From the NCBI GenBank assembly GCA_965645245.1, contig OZ287067.1, positions 1,054,001-1,118,000 of the forward strand: a stretch of DNA of 64,000 nucleotides, read 5' to 3'. The translations under genes were made by a program, and so were the position numbers. Every line of letters begins with the position of its first letter. Within the stretch, counting starts at the first letter, position 1. This document shows, one piece after another, positions 11,689-20,880 of this stretch. The notes under the pieces are model-generated. The model made no database searches. It was not told the DNA's origin and saw nothing but the letters and a program-made list of their open reading frames with translations. Source of the stretch: Massalongia carnosa (taxonomy: Eukaryota).

Positions 11689-14600
11689 CTATGCTATGCC
11701 GGAGATCGGAGGAACAACTACCGCTAACGGCCAACCTTCGGGAATTGCATGCTGTCTGGGATCAATGTTGACTTCTTCTGTGTCATGCTCCGGAGTCGTA
11801 ATACGAGTAAGGTCTTGTCTGGGGTGGAATTCTTTCAACCGATTGCCCGCAAAGGTGTTAGCCAAGACCGTCCCGTCCAATTCTGCTAGAAGGTATGTCC
11901 CCTTCTCGGGTTTAGCTTCATGTATCCTGTATGGTCCCAACCATCGATAGGCCAGTTTGACGGAGGTAGACATCACCGCATCTCTCTTGGTGTCATGGAG
12001 CAGTACTAAGTCTCCTTTCTTTAGCTCTTTGGCTCTAATTAGGTGCGCATCATCAAACTCCTCTTTTCCTTCCATCCTCATGCGCTGTAAATGATGCACA
12101 GCTTCCTCAAGATCCTCCTCCCGCCTCTGAAGCTGACGAGCTCTCATAGCTAATAACTCGGCAGTTGTATGAACCTCACTCCAAGGAAGAATACGCCAGG
12201 TAGGTACCTCCAACTCAATCGGTAGAACAGGTTCACTGCCACAGGTCACATAATATGGGGATAAGCCGGTGGTACTCTTGACAGTGGAACGGTCAGCCCA
12301 TAATACAGCGGGTAGGTTCTCGACCCAATTTCCCAACCCTCCATCGGTCATCTTGGACAGTGCATCAACAATGGGTCTATGGCCCCTCTCGATCATACCA
12401 TTGGCCTGTGGGTGATAAGAAGACACCTGGACCCTCTTAATTCCGTATCGCGCTGTGAGTTCTTCAACTAAATCCTTGTTTTCCGGCCCTCCATCTACAA
12501 TCAAGCGGCCAAAACAACCATGACGGCAGATGACATCTTCCCAAAGGAACCTAGCGACCGACAACGAATTGGCATTTCCTATTGCCCGAGCTTCTACCCA
12601 GCCTGAAAGATCATCTCTAGCAGCCACCAGGAACTTCTTGCCCTCCCTTGAAGGCATGTACACAACATCCAGACCTACTTTGGCCCAACTAAGACTTATC
12701 CAGGTAGGATGTAGAGCTTCTTCCTGCCGTGTAGGGTCCCGCATTTGATATCTCTCGCAACTTCGTACGTAGGCCTTGACATGAGCATGAAGGTCCTCCC
12801 ACCAGTAGCGGTCAGCAATCCTACGGTAGGTCCCTTCTCTCCCTTTGTGACCACTCTCATCATGTAGTTTTTCCATAATCTCCTGTCTCTCCTTGTCGTC
12901 ATCTACAACTCTTCGTATGGGGACATTTTTGTTGTTTCGTCGAAACAGCTTTCTCCCCTGCACACAGTATCTCATCGCTTCTTTCTTGAACTTGTAAAAC
13001 TCTTTCCTTCCCATGCCGGCCGGTCTCTGTAAACTCGTAAGATAGGCAGCGATTTGTTGAGATTTTTCTGAATAACTCTCCTCTAAGGGCAGTTCGTCTG
13101 TAACGGAAATAGGGGCAACTCTTAGAGAGCCTAATTCTGCATCAATAAAATCTTCTATGTCTTCTTCCATCTCTCTCTCCCGTATATCGTCTTCGGTAGG
13201 GGGTTTACGAGACAGTCCATCTGCTGCTGTATGCTTTTTACCCGCAACGTGCTTCACGTCAAAGTCGAAGAGCTGAATCCAAGCTATCCATCTGGTAACA
13301 AGCGCACCTGGCAAATCCGTCCCTCCACGATTTAATTGAGCCACAAGCACCGAAGCATCTGTCTCCAACAAGAAATGTACTCCATAAAGATAGTTGCGGA
13401 CCTTCTTGAGAGCCTTCAAGACCCCTCTACACTCTCTCTTCGTCGCATCATAGGACTTTTCGGTGTCGGACCAAATACCACTTTCATATCGCGAAGGGTG
13501 TCGCTTGCCCTCCCACTCCTGCATCAAGACGGCACCCCATCCCTTACCACTCGAATCCACTCCCAAAATGATGAGCCCAGCTCCTATCGAATAATCCAGC
13601 GACCGCAGTGCCGGAGAGGTAGTCAACGCAAGTTTCAGCTTATCCATGGCTTCCTGTTGCTCTACTCCCCAAACAAAAAGGATCTTCTTTTTGAACAGAC
13701 GGTAGATAGGCTCAGCGACGATGGCAAACTCAAAGATCCATATACGATAGTACACGCAAACACCGATGAAAGCTCGTGCACCGGTAACATCCTGACAAGG
13801 AGGCCAATCAACAATTTTTATGACCTTGGCAGTATCCGGATGTCGACCGTCATAGTCACAAATATAACCAACAATACGGATCCCAGGCATGGCAAATTGT
13901 GATTTTGCCCCCGAGATAGTCACACCAGCTCTCTCATAATCGGCTAGAACCTCGTCCAGCGCCTGAAGATGTTCCTTTATAAATCGGCGGATGCCAGGGG
14001 CGACCATTTCATTGTCATACTTTGTCTTGGGCCCTTTGACTCCCACATCATCCACGAAAGGTTCCGCATTATGAGGTATCTGAGCCTGCAGGATTTGATT
14101 ATTTATCCTAACAAATTGTCCCACGGAATTGGTGGCTCCTTGAGGAAGTCGAGTCATCCTCATGAGTCCTAGTGCCGTCTGAAAAGCTGTATAGTCTCTG
14201 CTCTTGAGGTCTAGCGAAATTTGATCATAACCGGAAAACCAGTCCACCAACGACGCTACCGAACATCCCGCGAAGTTCTCAGCAAAATCGTCCGCCATAG
14301 GAGGTAAAGTGGCGTCCCGCAAGGTAACTCTGTTCATTTCCGTGCAAGCATTGATGAGCCTATATTTTCCCTTCTCCTTTTTCCCTATGACATACCAAGG
14401 ATTGCGATAATGACCATGGCAAGGTTCTATTGCTCCGATCGCAAGGCGCTCTTTTACCATTTCGATGGTCTTCTCCTGTAATGATTTTGGAATAGCGAAA
14501 CCAGGATGCTGCCAAGGCTTATGCTCGATCGTACGGATCTCCTGCGGAGGCGCCACTTCTGGTCGGACCAGTCCCATCTCTGAAAAGTCCCAAGCGAGTG

Positions 14601-15216
14601 CAGCTTCCCTACCGTGTAGGACTTCGGCCAAAAGGTCTCTCTCTTCCATGGACAACCCATCCCCTACTCGAATCTTTTGCAATCTTTCTGGAGTCAATCG
14701 TGCTCCTCGCGCCATACGTGAGAATTTCGGTATCAACCACCCTGGATATTTTTCGTTGGGCAACCTAGGCATCGCTCTTTCCCTCTCCAAAGCTCTTTCT
14801 CTCCAATCAGGCATCCCCCCAGGCATTGAACCGTCAGAAATCCATCTTTCCGCCGGGCGCACTTTATCACCCTTTCTCTTGTATGCTCCATCAACCCGAA
14901 CAAACTCCCTATCTCTATATCTTGCTTGCGAAACCGAAAATAAATCAAACTTGCGTGATAACCGAAACTCCTGCCCAATATCAAAACTGGGTACAAACTC
15001 CCAATGCGGACTAGTGGATGTTCCAACCCTAAGCCTGCCGCTAAGGATGCAAGCTGCAGCTACTTTGGATTTAGCGTCAGAACGGTGCACTAGGCCTAAT
15101 CGGTTACTTAATCCAAGATTAAATGACGCATTGGGACTAGCGCGCTTTTCTTTCTTCCTCGGGCTATTCGAACTCCACGCCGCAGACAAACCCCCGACAG
15201 CTCGCCTGCATTCTAG
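11689..15216 (-). CDS. pol: Pol of element A (RT-RNaseH-integrase, no chromodomain), reached by -1 frameshift
   Basis: RT motifs DWFSGYDQI, LPQGATNS and FVDD; RNase H GVDSSGKGWG; integrase GLDVV, IVDGG and YHPQANGMIER. The frame is open up to the slippery site at 15216-15222. Confidence 0.93.
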   Translation of the reverse strand, partial: LECRRAVGGLSAAWSSNSPRKKEKRASPNASFNLGLSNRLGLVHRSDAKSKVAAACILSGRLRVGTSTSPHWEFVPSFDIGQEFRLSRKFDLFSVSQARYRDREFVRVDGAYKRKGDKVRPAERWISDGSMPGGMPDWRERALERERAMPRLPNEKYPGWLIPKFSRMARGARLTPERLQKIRVGDGLSMEERDLLAEVLHGREAALAWDFSEMGLVRPEVAPPQEIRTIEHKPWQHPGFAIPKSLQEKTIEMVKERLAIGAIEPCHGHYRNPWYVIGKKEKGKYRLINACTEMNRVTLRDATLPPMADDFAENFAGCSVASLVDWFSGYDQISLDLKSRDYTAFQTALGLMRMTRLPQGATNSVGQFVRINNQILQAQIPHNAEPFVDDVGVKGPKTKYDNEMVAPGIRRFIKEHLQALDEVLADYERAGVTISGAKSQFAMPGIRIVGYICDYDGRHPDTAKVIKIVDWPPCQDVTGARAFIGVCVYYRIWIFEFAIVAEPIYRLFKKKILFVWGVEQQEAMDKLKLALTTSPALRSLDYSIGAGLIILGVDSSGKGWGAVLMQEWEGKRHPSRYESGIWSDTEKSYDATKRECRGVLKALKKVRNYLYGVHFLLETDASVLVAQLNRGGTDLPGALVTRWIAWIQLFDFDVKHVAGKKHTAADGLSRKPPTEDDIREREMEEDIEDFIDAELGSLRVAPISVTDELPLEESYSEKSQQIAAYLTSLQRPAGMGRKEFYKFKKEAMRYCVQGRKLFRRNNKNVPIRRVVDDDKERQEIMEKLHDESGHKGREGTYRRIADRYWWEDLHAHVKAYVRSCERYQMRDPTRQEEALHPTWISLSWAKVGLDVVYMPSREGKKFLVAARDDLSGWVEARAIGNANSLSVARFLWEDVICRHGCFGRLIVDGGPENKDLVEELTARYGIKRVQVSSYHPQANGMIERGHRPIVDALSKMTDGGLGNWVENLPAVLWADRSTVKSTTGLSPYYVTCGSEPVLPIELEVPTWRILPWSEVHTTAELLAMRARQLQRREEDLEEAVHHLQRMRMEGKEEFDDAHLIRAKELKKGDLVLLHDTKRDAVMSTSVKLAYRWLGPYRIHEAKPEKGTYLLAELDGTVLANTFAGNRLKEFHPRQDLTRITTPEHDTEEVNIDPRQHAIPEGWPLAVVVPPISGIA

Positions 15217-18089
15217 TTTAAAGGAAAAATGTCCTCCTCCTGCCGGTTGCCTTCGTCTTGATAATCAATAGCTCGGAACACGACGGACTTATGACCAGTA
15301 CAGTTCTTGATGACCGCAAAAGCTCCCTGAGGACGGTACTCATATTGCAGCTCCACCATAAACAAGAAAGGCGCACCCAGGACCAGTTGATGATCCGCGG
15401 AGTCCACTACAAACACCTGTTGAAAACTCTTTAGACCCCCAATGTTTATCTCAACATTCTCGCATACTCCATCGAAGTGTTTTCGGTGCCCGGTGTGAGA
15501 AACCAAACCCAAGTGAGGAGCCGGTCTCCAGGATAGTCCAGCTTGATGCATAAGCTTAGAGGTCATCACATTGACTTCCGCGCCAGAATCTAGAAGAGCT
15601 ACACTTTTGAGAAAGCCTTCTAATCGAACAGGAGCCTTAGGAGTGGATAAGGAATACAAAAGCTTCGGAATCTGTCCGCTACCCATCATCGCTTCATCGC
15701 TAACGCCCAGTGAACTAACATGCGCGGTCGGAGGTTTAGGATGCTTTATAGGCTTGGAAAAGAGCTCTCGCACCCGAGGGGATATGGACCATAACTCGAT
15801 CAAGGGCATGGTTATCGGTATTTGAGTCACCTTTTTCATCAGTGTTTCATCATCCATGTCGATTTTTGTCAGCTCTGGCAAACGGAGAGCGCGAGGAGAC
15901 TTCTCCTTGGCCTCATCAAGTTCCACTACTTTAGGCTCAGACGAAGTCTCCTTCTTATCGGCTATAGCTTTCTTCTTATTGTCCGCAAAAGTCACGTTTT
16001 TCTTCGTAGAAGAAACCTCCGGTGTTCCATTTGGATAAGTCACAAACTGCTCAACTTCTTCCATGTCAGTATCTTCTGTCGCATCTTCCACAATCACTTG
16101 CTGCCAACTACCAAATCTCGTATTCTTTGGAGTAGGAAGCTTTTCCTCTTTCTCAACTTTTCGTTTCAATATCCGGCGAACTGGCTCATGAAAATTGGCG
16201 GTACTCTTCGGCTTCTCATTGACTCGGGCGGCGTTTACTATTGCCTCCTTGGTACTATCCGTGCGATGTTCCACAATGCAAAGGCCAAAATCTTTGTCGT
16301 CCCAACTCTCATCTTCACTAGACAACTCATCAGGTTCGAGCTCTCCAACACGCACCGTATTAGCTTCAACCGTGGCCGCAGGGGCAGAATAGCGAAGCCG
16401 TTCGGATTCTGCCACACACTGTCTTTGAGAACGGTCCAGCCTCATCTGTACGGGACGTGCGCCTGGGTTCGGAGGTCCTACACATATCCGACCCTCGAAG
16501 TTTAAATGTATACGATTGCTGGAGAGGTCAGCCCTATAATCAGAGCACTGCCAGCGGCCTCTATGATCAGTAGACCAACAATAGTTGCAACGTTGAGGGT
16601 TCGAAGATGAGTAATTGCCACCAGCAGAGTTCGTTTGTGCCTGGGGAGGGATCAGAGAAGAAGATGGCTGTGCATTTCTAGGCTGCGACGTCGTTTGTTC
16701 TGGCACTACAGTAGGGGCAGATTGGAAGTTTTGCTGAAGTGGAGGAGGCTGATACGGTCGGTAAGGTCGTGAGCCCGGTAGGGGCGCTTGCATCACATTG
16801 CTCTGTATGTTAGAGGTCACCGCAGTCACAGTGGACAACATCATATCTTTAACACCGTGGGTAATTTCCTCGATAGCGCTATTCATAATAGCCCTGGTAT
16901 CTATCACCGGAGGGGCTATAGGCGCTTGTGTAAGAGAAGAACTAGGAGGAGAGGCTTTTTGCTTGCTCGCTGCCCGTCCATAATCATCCACCAAGGCACT
17001 AATCTTATCTTGTTCCTTATCTCCTCGTACTAGATCTCTCAGGCGCTGACTTGAGGTAGCCAGAGTTATAGTGTACTGGACCAAAGTATCGAGCATCAGG
17101 GGTTCGTCGCCTTCTAGGTCAATATCATATCGCATGAATAGCTCCGAACATAATTTCTCCGGTAAACCTTGAACAAACCATGAACATTGAGTGAAATTGT
17201 CAAGCCTTTGGCCACCAGGAAGCTGCCTGCAAATAGCCACAAAACGACGACAATATAGCGGTATGTCATCCTCCTCCATGCGAGGCTTATTCTTTAGTGC
17301 TTCCAGAAAAGCTCGAGAGTTGACTTGTTGCGAGGTGTCATTATGACGGTATTCCTTGCGCATTGCCTTGGCTAGGCTGTCCCAATCACCAGAGGTAAAC
17401 TCGATCATAGACTTGACGTTCTGGCCTATCAGGTTCTCACAGTACCAGGGCAAACGTGGAATAATTTGATCTTCGGCGAGTCGGTAGTCGCGACACATAA
17501 GAAGATAGCGATCCAGGAAATCGGTGACATTTCCTCCCGTGAAAAAGGGCGTTCCAGGGGAACCAGGGTGAGGTAAGGCCATATAAAAACGCGGGTCCAT
17601 CGGGAACGGTCCTATAGCAGGAGGTGGTGGCAATTCCGCCGTCGGTTGGTACACAGGCTCACCGGCAGGAGCTTTTTCTGAACGTATGGAGGCGTCAGGA
17701 GTAGAGTCTTCGGATTTTTGTTCGAGTATCTCCGGTCGCAGGCTAAAAGGGTCACTATTGGACATGATCAGCTCACTGTAAGACTTGTCGTATACTGTAC
17801 CAAATTGCTCCAAGGAATGAGGCACTAAACTGGGGGGGTAAGAAACACAAGGAAAATTTCGGGATCTCGATTTTCTAATAACAGAACGATGAACTTTTTT
17901 CGAATTTTCTTTTCTGCTCACTCTCTGATTTTTCCCTGTCTTTTTGTCGCGTCTCTTCTTTACGCGGCCGAAAGGCTCAGTCTTATAGTACTCTCGGAAC
18001 AATGGCTCCATGTCTCGGACCTCTTGGAGATATTTTTTGCCGAGCCATAACAGCATGGAATCGGGAACTTGTAGCGAAATAGTAACCAT
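15213..18089 (-). CDS. gag: Gag-protease ORF of element A (true start may be ATG near 17765)
   Basis: Gag-like PFFTGGNVTDFL, zinc knuckle CNYCWSTDHRGRWQC, and aspartic protease LLDSGAEVN. Confidence 0.88.
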   Translation of the reverse strand: MVTISLQVPDSMLLWLGKKYLQEVRDMEPLFREYYKTEPFGRVKKRRDKKTGKNQRVSRKENSKKVHRSVIRKSRSRNFPCVSYPPSLVPHSLEQFGTVYDKSYSELIMSNSDPFSLRPEILEQKSEDSTPDASIRSEKAPAGEPVYQPTAELPPPPAIGPFPMDPRFYMALPHPGSPGTPFFTGGNVTDFLDRYLLMCRDYRLAEDQIIPRLPWYCENLIGQNVKSMIEFTSGDWDSLAKAMRKEYRHNDTSQQVNSRAFLEALKNKPRMEEDDIPLYCRRFVAICRQLPGGQRLDNFTQCSWFVQGLPEKLCSELFMRYDIDLEGDEPLMLDTLVQYTITLATSSQRLRDLVRGDKEQDKISALVDDYGRAASKQKASPPSSSLTQAPIAPPVIDTRAIMNSAIEEITHGVKDMMLSTVTAVTSNIQSNVMQAPLPGSRPYRPYQPPPLQQNFQSAPTVVPEQTTSQPRNAQPSSSLIPPQAQTNSAGGNYSSSNPQRCNYCWSTDHRGRWQCSDYRADLSSNRIHLNFEGRICVGPPNPGARPVQMRLDRSQRQCVAESERLRYSAPAATVEANTVRVGELEPDELSSEDESWDDKDFGLCIVEHRTDSTKEAIVNAARVNEKPKSTANFHEPVRRILKRKVEKEEKLPTPKNTRFGSWQQVIVEDATEDTDMEEVEQFVTYPNGTPEVSSTKKNVTFADNKKKAIADKKETSSEPKVVELDEAKEKSPRALRLPELTKIDMDDETLMKKVTQIPITMPLIELWSISPRVRELFSKPIKHPKPPTAHVSSLGVSDEAMMGSGQIPKLLYSLSTPKAPVRLEGFLKSVALLDSGAEVNVMTSKLMHQAGLSWRPAPHLGLVSHTGHRKHFDGVCENVEINIGGLKSFQQVFVVDSADHQLVLGAPFLFMVELQYEYRPQGAFAVIKNCTGHKSVVFRAIDYQDEGNRQEEDIFPLN

Positions 18090-19737
18090 TTTTCGTTAGT
18101 CGAGACGCGCCGTCGCATAGGCCGCTGCCACCAGTATTGAGGTTTTTGTGGATTGCTTCTTAGACTTCCAATTGGTCACCGCCTTCGGTCTAGAACATCA
18201 AGGTCGAACTCGATCCCACTATCAAACAAAGAAATAAGAAACACTCTAAAGGTTAGTTCACGATCCGTGCCCCGCCCCTTTTGAACTCTTGGCTTTTTCA
18301 GGGTCAAACGCGTTCCCACTCTCTTTTCGTTCGAATCTGCACTCGTTGATCTCTCTAGACTCTTGCTTCTACCGAATAGCCTCAAAAGGTCATCGCACCG
18401 TGGTCGCCAATGAAGAGGGGTAGTCGTGGGTGGTGCATACGTGATGACCTCAAGGAGAGAAGACCGGCAGAAAGCAAACAAGGAACACACGTGAAAACAA
18501 CAAACAGAACGTTGGCGGTGACGACTCGGCCACTCTGACACTGTCACTCGGACACGAATACTGACTCTGAAGGAAAGAAAAATGTTGATTGCCTGTCTGT
18601 CTAGAGGGTGAAACTTCCCCTATCTATAGAAAAATGGGCGCCTTAGCCCCGGAAAAACCTCCCCTCCGCTCCGTCCACACCAATCTCCCCCCCTCTCCTC
18701 AGCACCTGCCCTTGTCCCTATTCACCCTATCACAATATGTCATGAAGTGACTGGGCACCTGCCAGTTAGTTCATCGGACCATCCATCTAGTTCATTGAAT
18801 TATTCAGGGTAACCTTAACTGCTTGAGCGAAGCACTGACCGGCTAGCCGGTCCGAAAGCGACTAAGCTTAATCCGGACCAGTTAGGGCAACGGTAGGTGT
18901 TCCGGCCGTCAATAGTGTCATGGCGATAGTGTCATGCCAGGGACTCGAGGGAAATTGGATCAACAGCTGGATTGAGACTAGTTCGGTTCGCCAGAGTCTT
19001 ATACTCGCCCACGTTTGATTTCTGATTCTTTTCTTCTTGTCGAACGTCTTGTTCATCTAGCTAGACAATCAAGTATCACGTTTGCACCACCTGAATTTCT
19101 ACCTGACCTCGCACCGTGACACTACGTTCGACCAGTCTATTCACCTGATGCATCATCGTCATGTTCATCAACTTTGTCATGAAATGCCTCCGACCTCACC
19201 ACGTGCCTCTATCACGTGCCTTGATCTGATGACTACTCACGGACGTCGTGCCATGCCTTCGGGACCCTCATATCATTCTTCGAATTCGCCGATTACTGAT
19301 CATTAATCAGCCTCGCATTGATGATTTATTCCCGTCTTTCGACTATTATCATGTCTAATAGCTTCGCATTGATGTTTGACATCTCCCGTCTCCTCGCTGA
19401 CCCCATCGTGCTTATTGCCGCTATAATGCCCCTCATTCATCATCGCACTGACTAGACATCATTCGCCGCCACCCTAGAAAGATGAATATGGGAGGACAAA
19501 GATATAAGAAAGAAGTCGAATCATGGAAGTTCTGATTCTTTGTCGAACGTCTTGAATAGCCAACCTAGCCTAGCCTAGATTCATAGCTATAGACTCAATC
19601 AATAAGCTTGACCATCAACCCACCTTGCCTTTGCCCTTGCCCTCGACCTGATTTCGTGACATTACGTTCGACCAACATTCAAAAGTGCCTTCCATAGCAT
19701 TTTCCCTCATCTCCCTTTATCTCATTCCCCCTCAATC

Positions 19738-20880
19738 ATGTCTTCAGCAGAAGAGAACCTCTCCGAGCTGGATAAGCGTATTCGATTCATTCAGGAACGT
19801 CTTCAGGCAGACCCTCAGCAATTCCTGAGTCAAATGGACAACCTAGAAGCCGAAGTAAACCAACTTCGCAACAATGCCAATACCCCTTCTATTTCCGAGC
19901 CCATACCTATCTCAAATCCACCCCCCCCTACCTTGGATCCGCAAATCATGGCCATGATGCAGCTGCTCCTGGCGTCAAAAAACTCCCTCATCCGCTCCGA
20001 AAAGCTCCCGGACATCACGGAGTATGAGGGCGAAGAAGTCAAGCTGGATGCGTGGGAGCAGTCCCTGATTCAAAGAATGCATGTCAACAATGATCGATAC
20101 CCGTTCGATCAAGCCAAAATTGCCTACGCCGAAAGCCGACTCACCATAGGCAAAAAGGCTCATAACCTAATGAATGCGTACAGGGTCGATGGCCTTTGCA
20201 TACTCACCTCATTTGCTGAATGGCGATCAGCCCTCCGCCGCGCATGCGGAAATCCCTACGAGCAGGAGGATGCTCGCAAATACCTTCGCGATATCCTCAA
20301 ACAGGGAAGTAGTAGCTTCGAGGAGTACTACAACCTTTTTGCGCAGAAAAAAGACCGGTCCAAGATGGAAGATGCCAGCCTGATCGATGCCATGAAGGCA
20401 AATGTGAATTATTCAACCCAGACCGCAGCCCTAATGTATAGGGTCCCCGGAACCCAAAGGCAACCAACCACCTTCGACGAGCACGTCACCATGTGGTTGG
20501 AGACAGATCGTGGCCTTCGGCAGATCCGCCACATTGCCCCAAAGGCGAACACCACCACTATCACCCCGACACCGAAAAAGCCAAACCCGTTATCAGCACT
20601 TCCCCCGACAGTCGCTCCCGCTGCCAAAGCACCTGTCGCTTCTCCCGCCTCCCCTGCGCTGCTCATTGGCGACCCCATGGACCTAAGCTCTGCCATGGCA
20701 GCGGTGAAAGGCCAATCGCTCAAAACCGAGGGGGTCCGCAAAATCTGCGAAGACTGGAAGTTGTGTTTCTACTGCAAATTGCAGCATCCAGGGAAGTCAG
20801 CAACTGACTGTCCCAACAAGCGAACCAACCTTCGGAGCATGGAGCTCGAAGCCCCTGATATTGATCAGGGAAAAGCCTAG
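19738..20880 (+). CDS. gag: Gag of element B
   Basis: RSEKLPD motif, PMDLS, and zinc knuckle CFYCKLQHPGKSATDC. Confidence 0.92.
   Translation: MSSAEENLSELDKRIRFIQERLQADPQQFLSQMDNLEAEVNQLRNNANTPSISEPIPISNPPPPTLDPQIMAMMQLLLASKNSLIRSEKLPDITEYEGEEVKLDAWEQSLIQRMHVNNDRYPFDQAKIAYAESRLTIGKKAHNLMNAYRVDGLCILTSFAEWRSALRRACGNPYEQEDARKYLRDILKQGSSSFEEYYNLFAQKKDRSKMEDASLIDAMKANVNYSTQTAALMYRVPGTQRQPTTFDEHVTMWLETDRGLRQIRHIAPKANTTTITPTPKKPNPLSALPPTVAPAAKAPVASPASPALLIGDPMDLSSAMAAVKGQSLKTEGVRKICEDWKLCFYCKLQHPGKSATDCPNKRTNLRSMELEAPDIDQGKA

Larger units (their letters stand above)
10398..18734 (-). mobile_element. Ty3/Gypsy LTR retrotransposon A (non-chromoviral), 8337 bp
   Basis: 324-bp LTRs at 10398-10721 and 18411-18734 (TG..CA, one mismatch seen). 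4-bp TSD ATAT. tRNA-type primer binding site TGGCGACCACGG next to the 5' LTR. Carries gag-pro and pol ORFs. Confidence 0.95.

Noticed and set aside
14465..16505. Long plus-strand ORFs (268 aa and 227 aa)
   Set aside because: They are antisense shadows of element A gag-pol.
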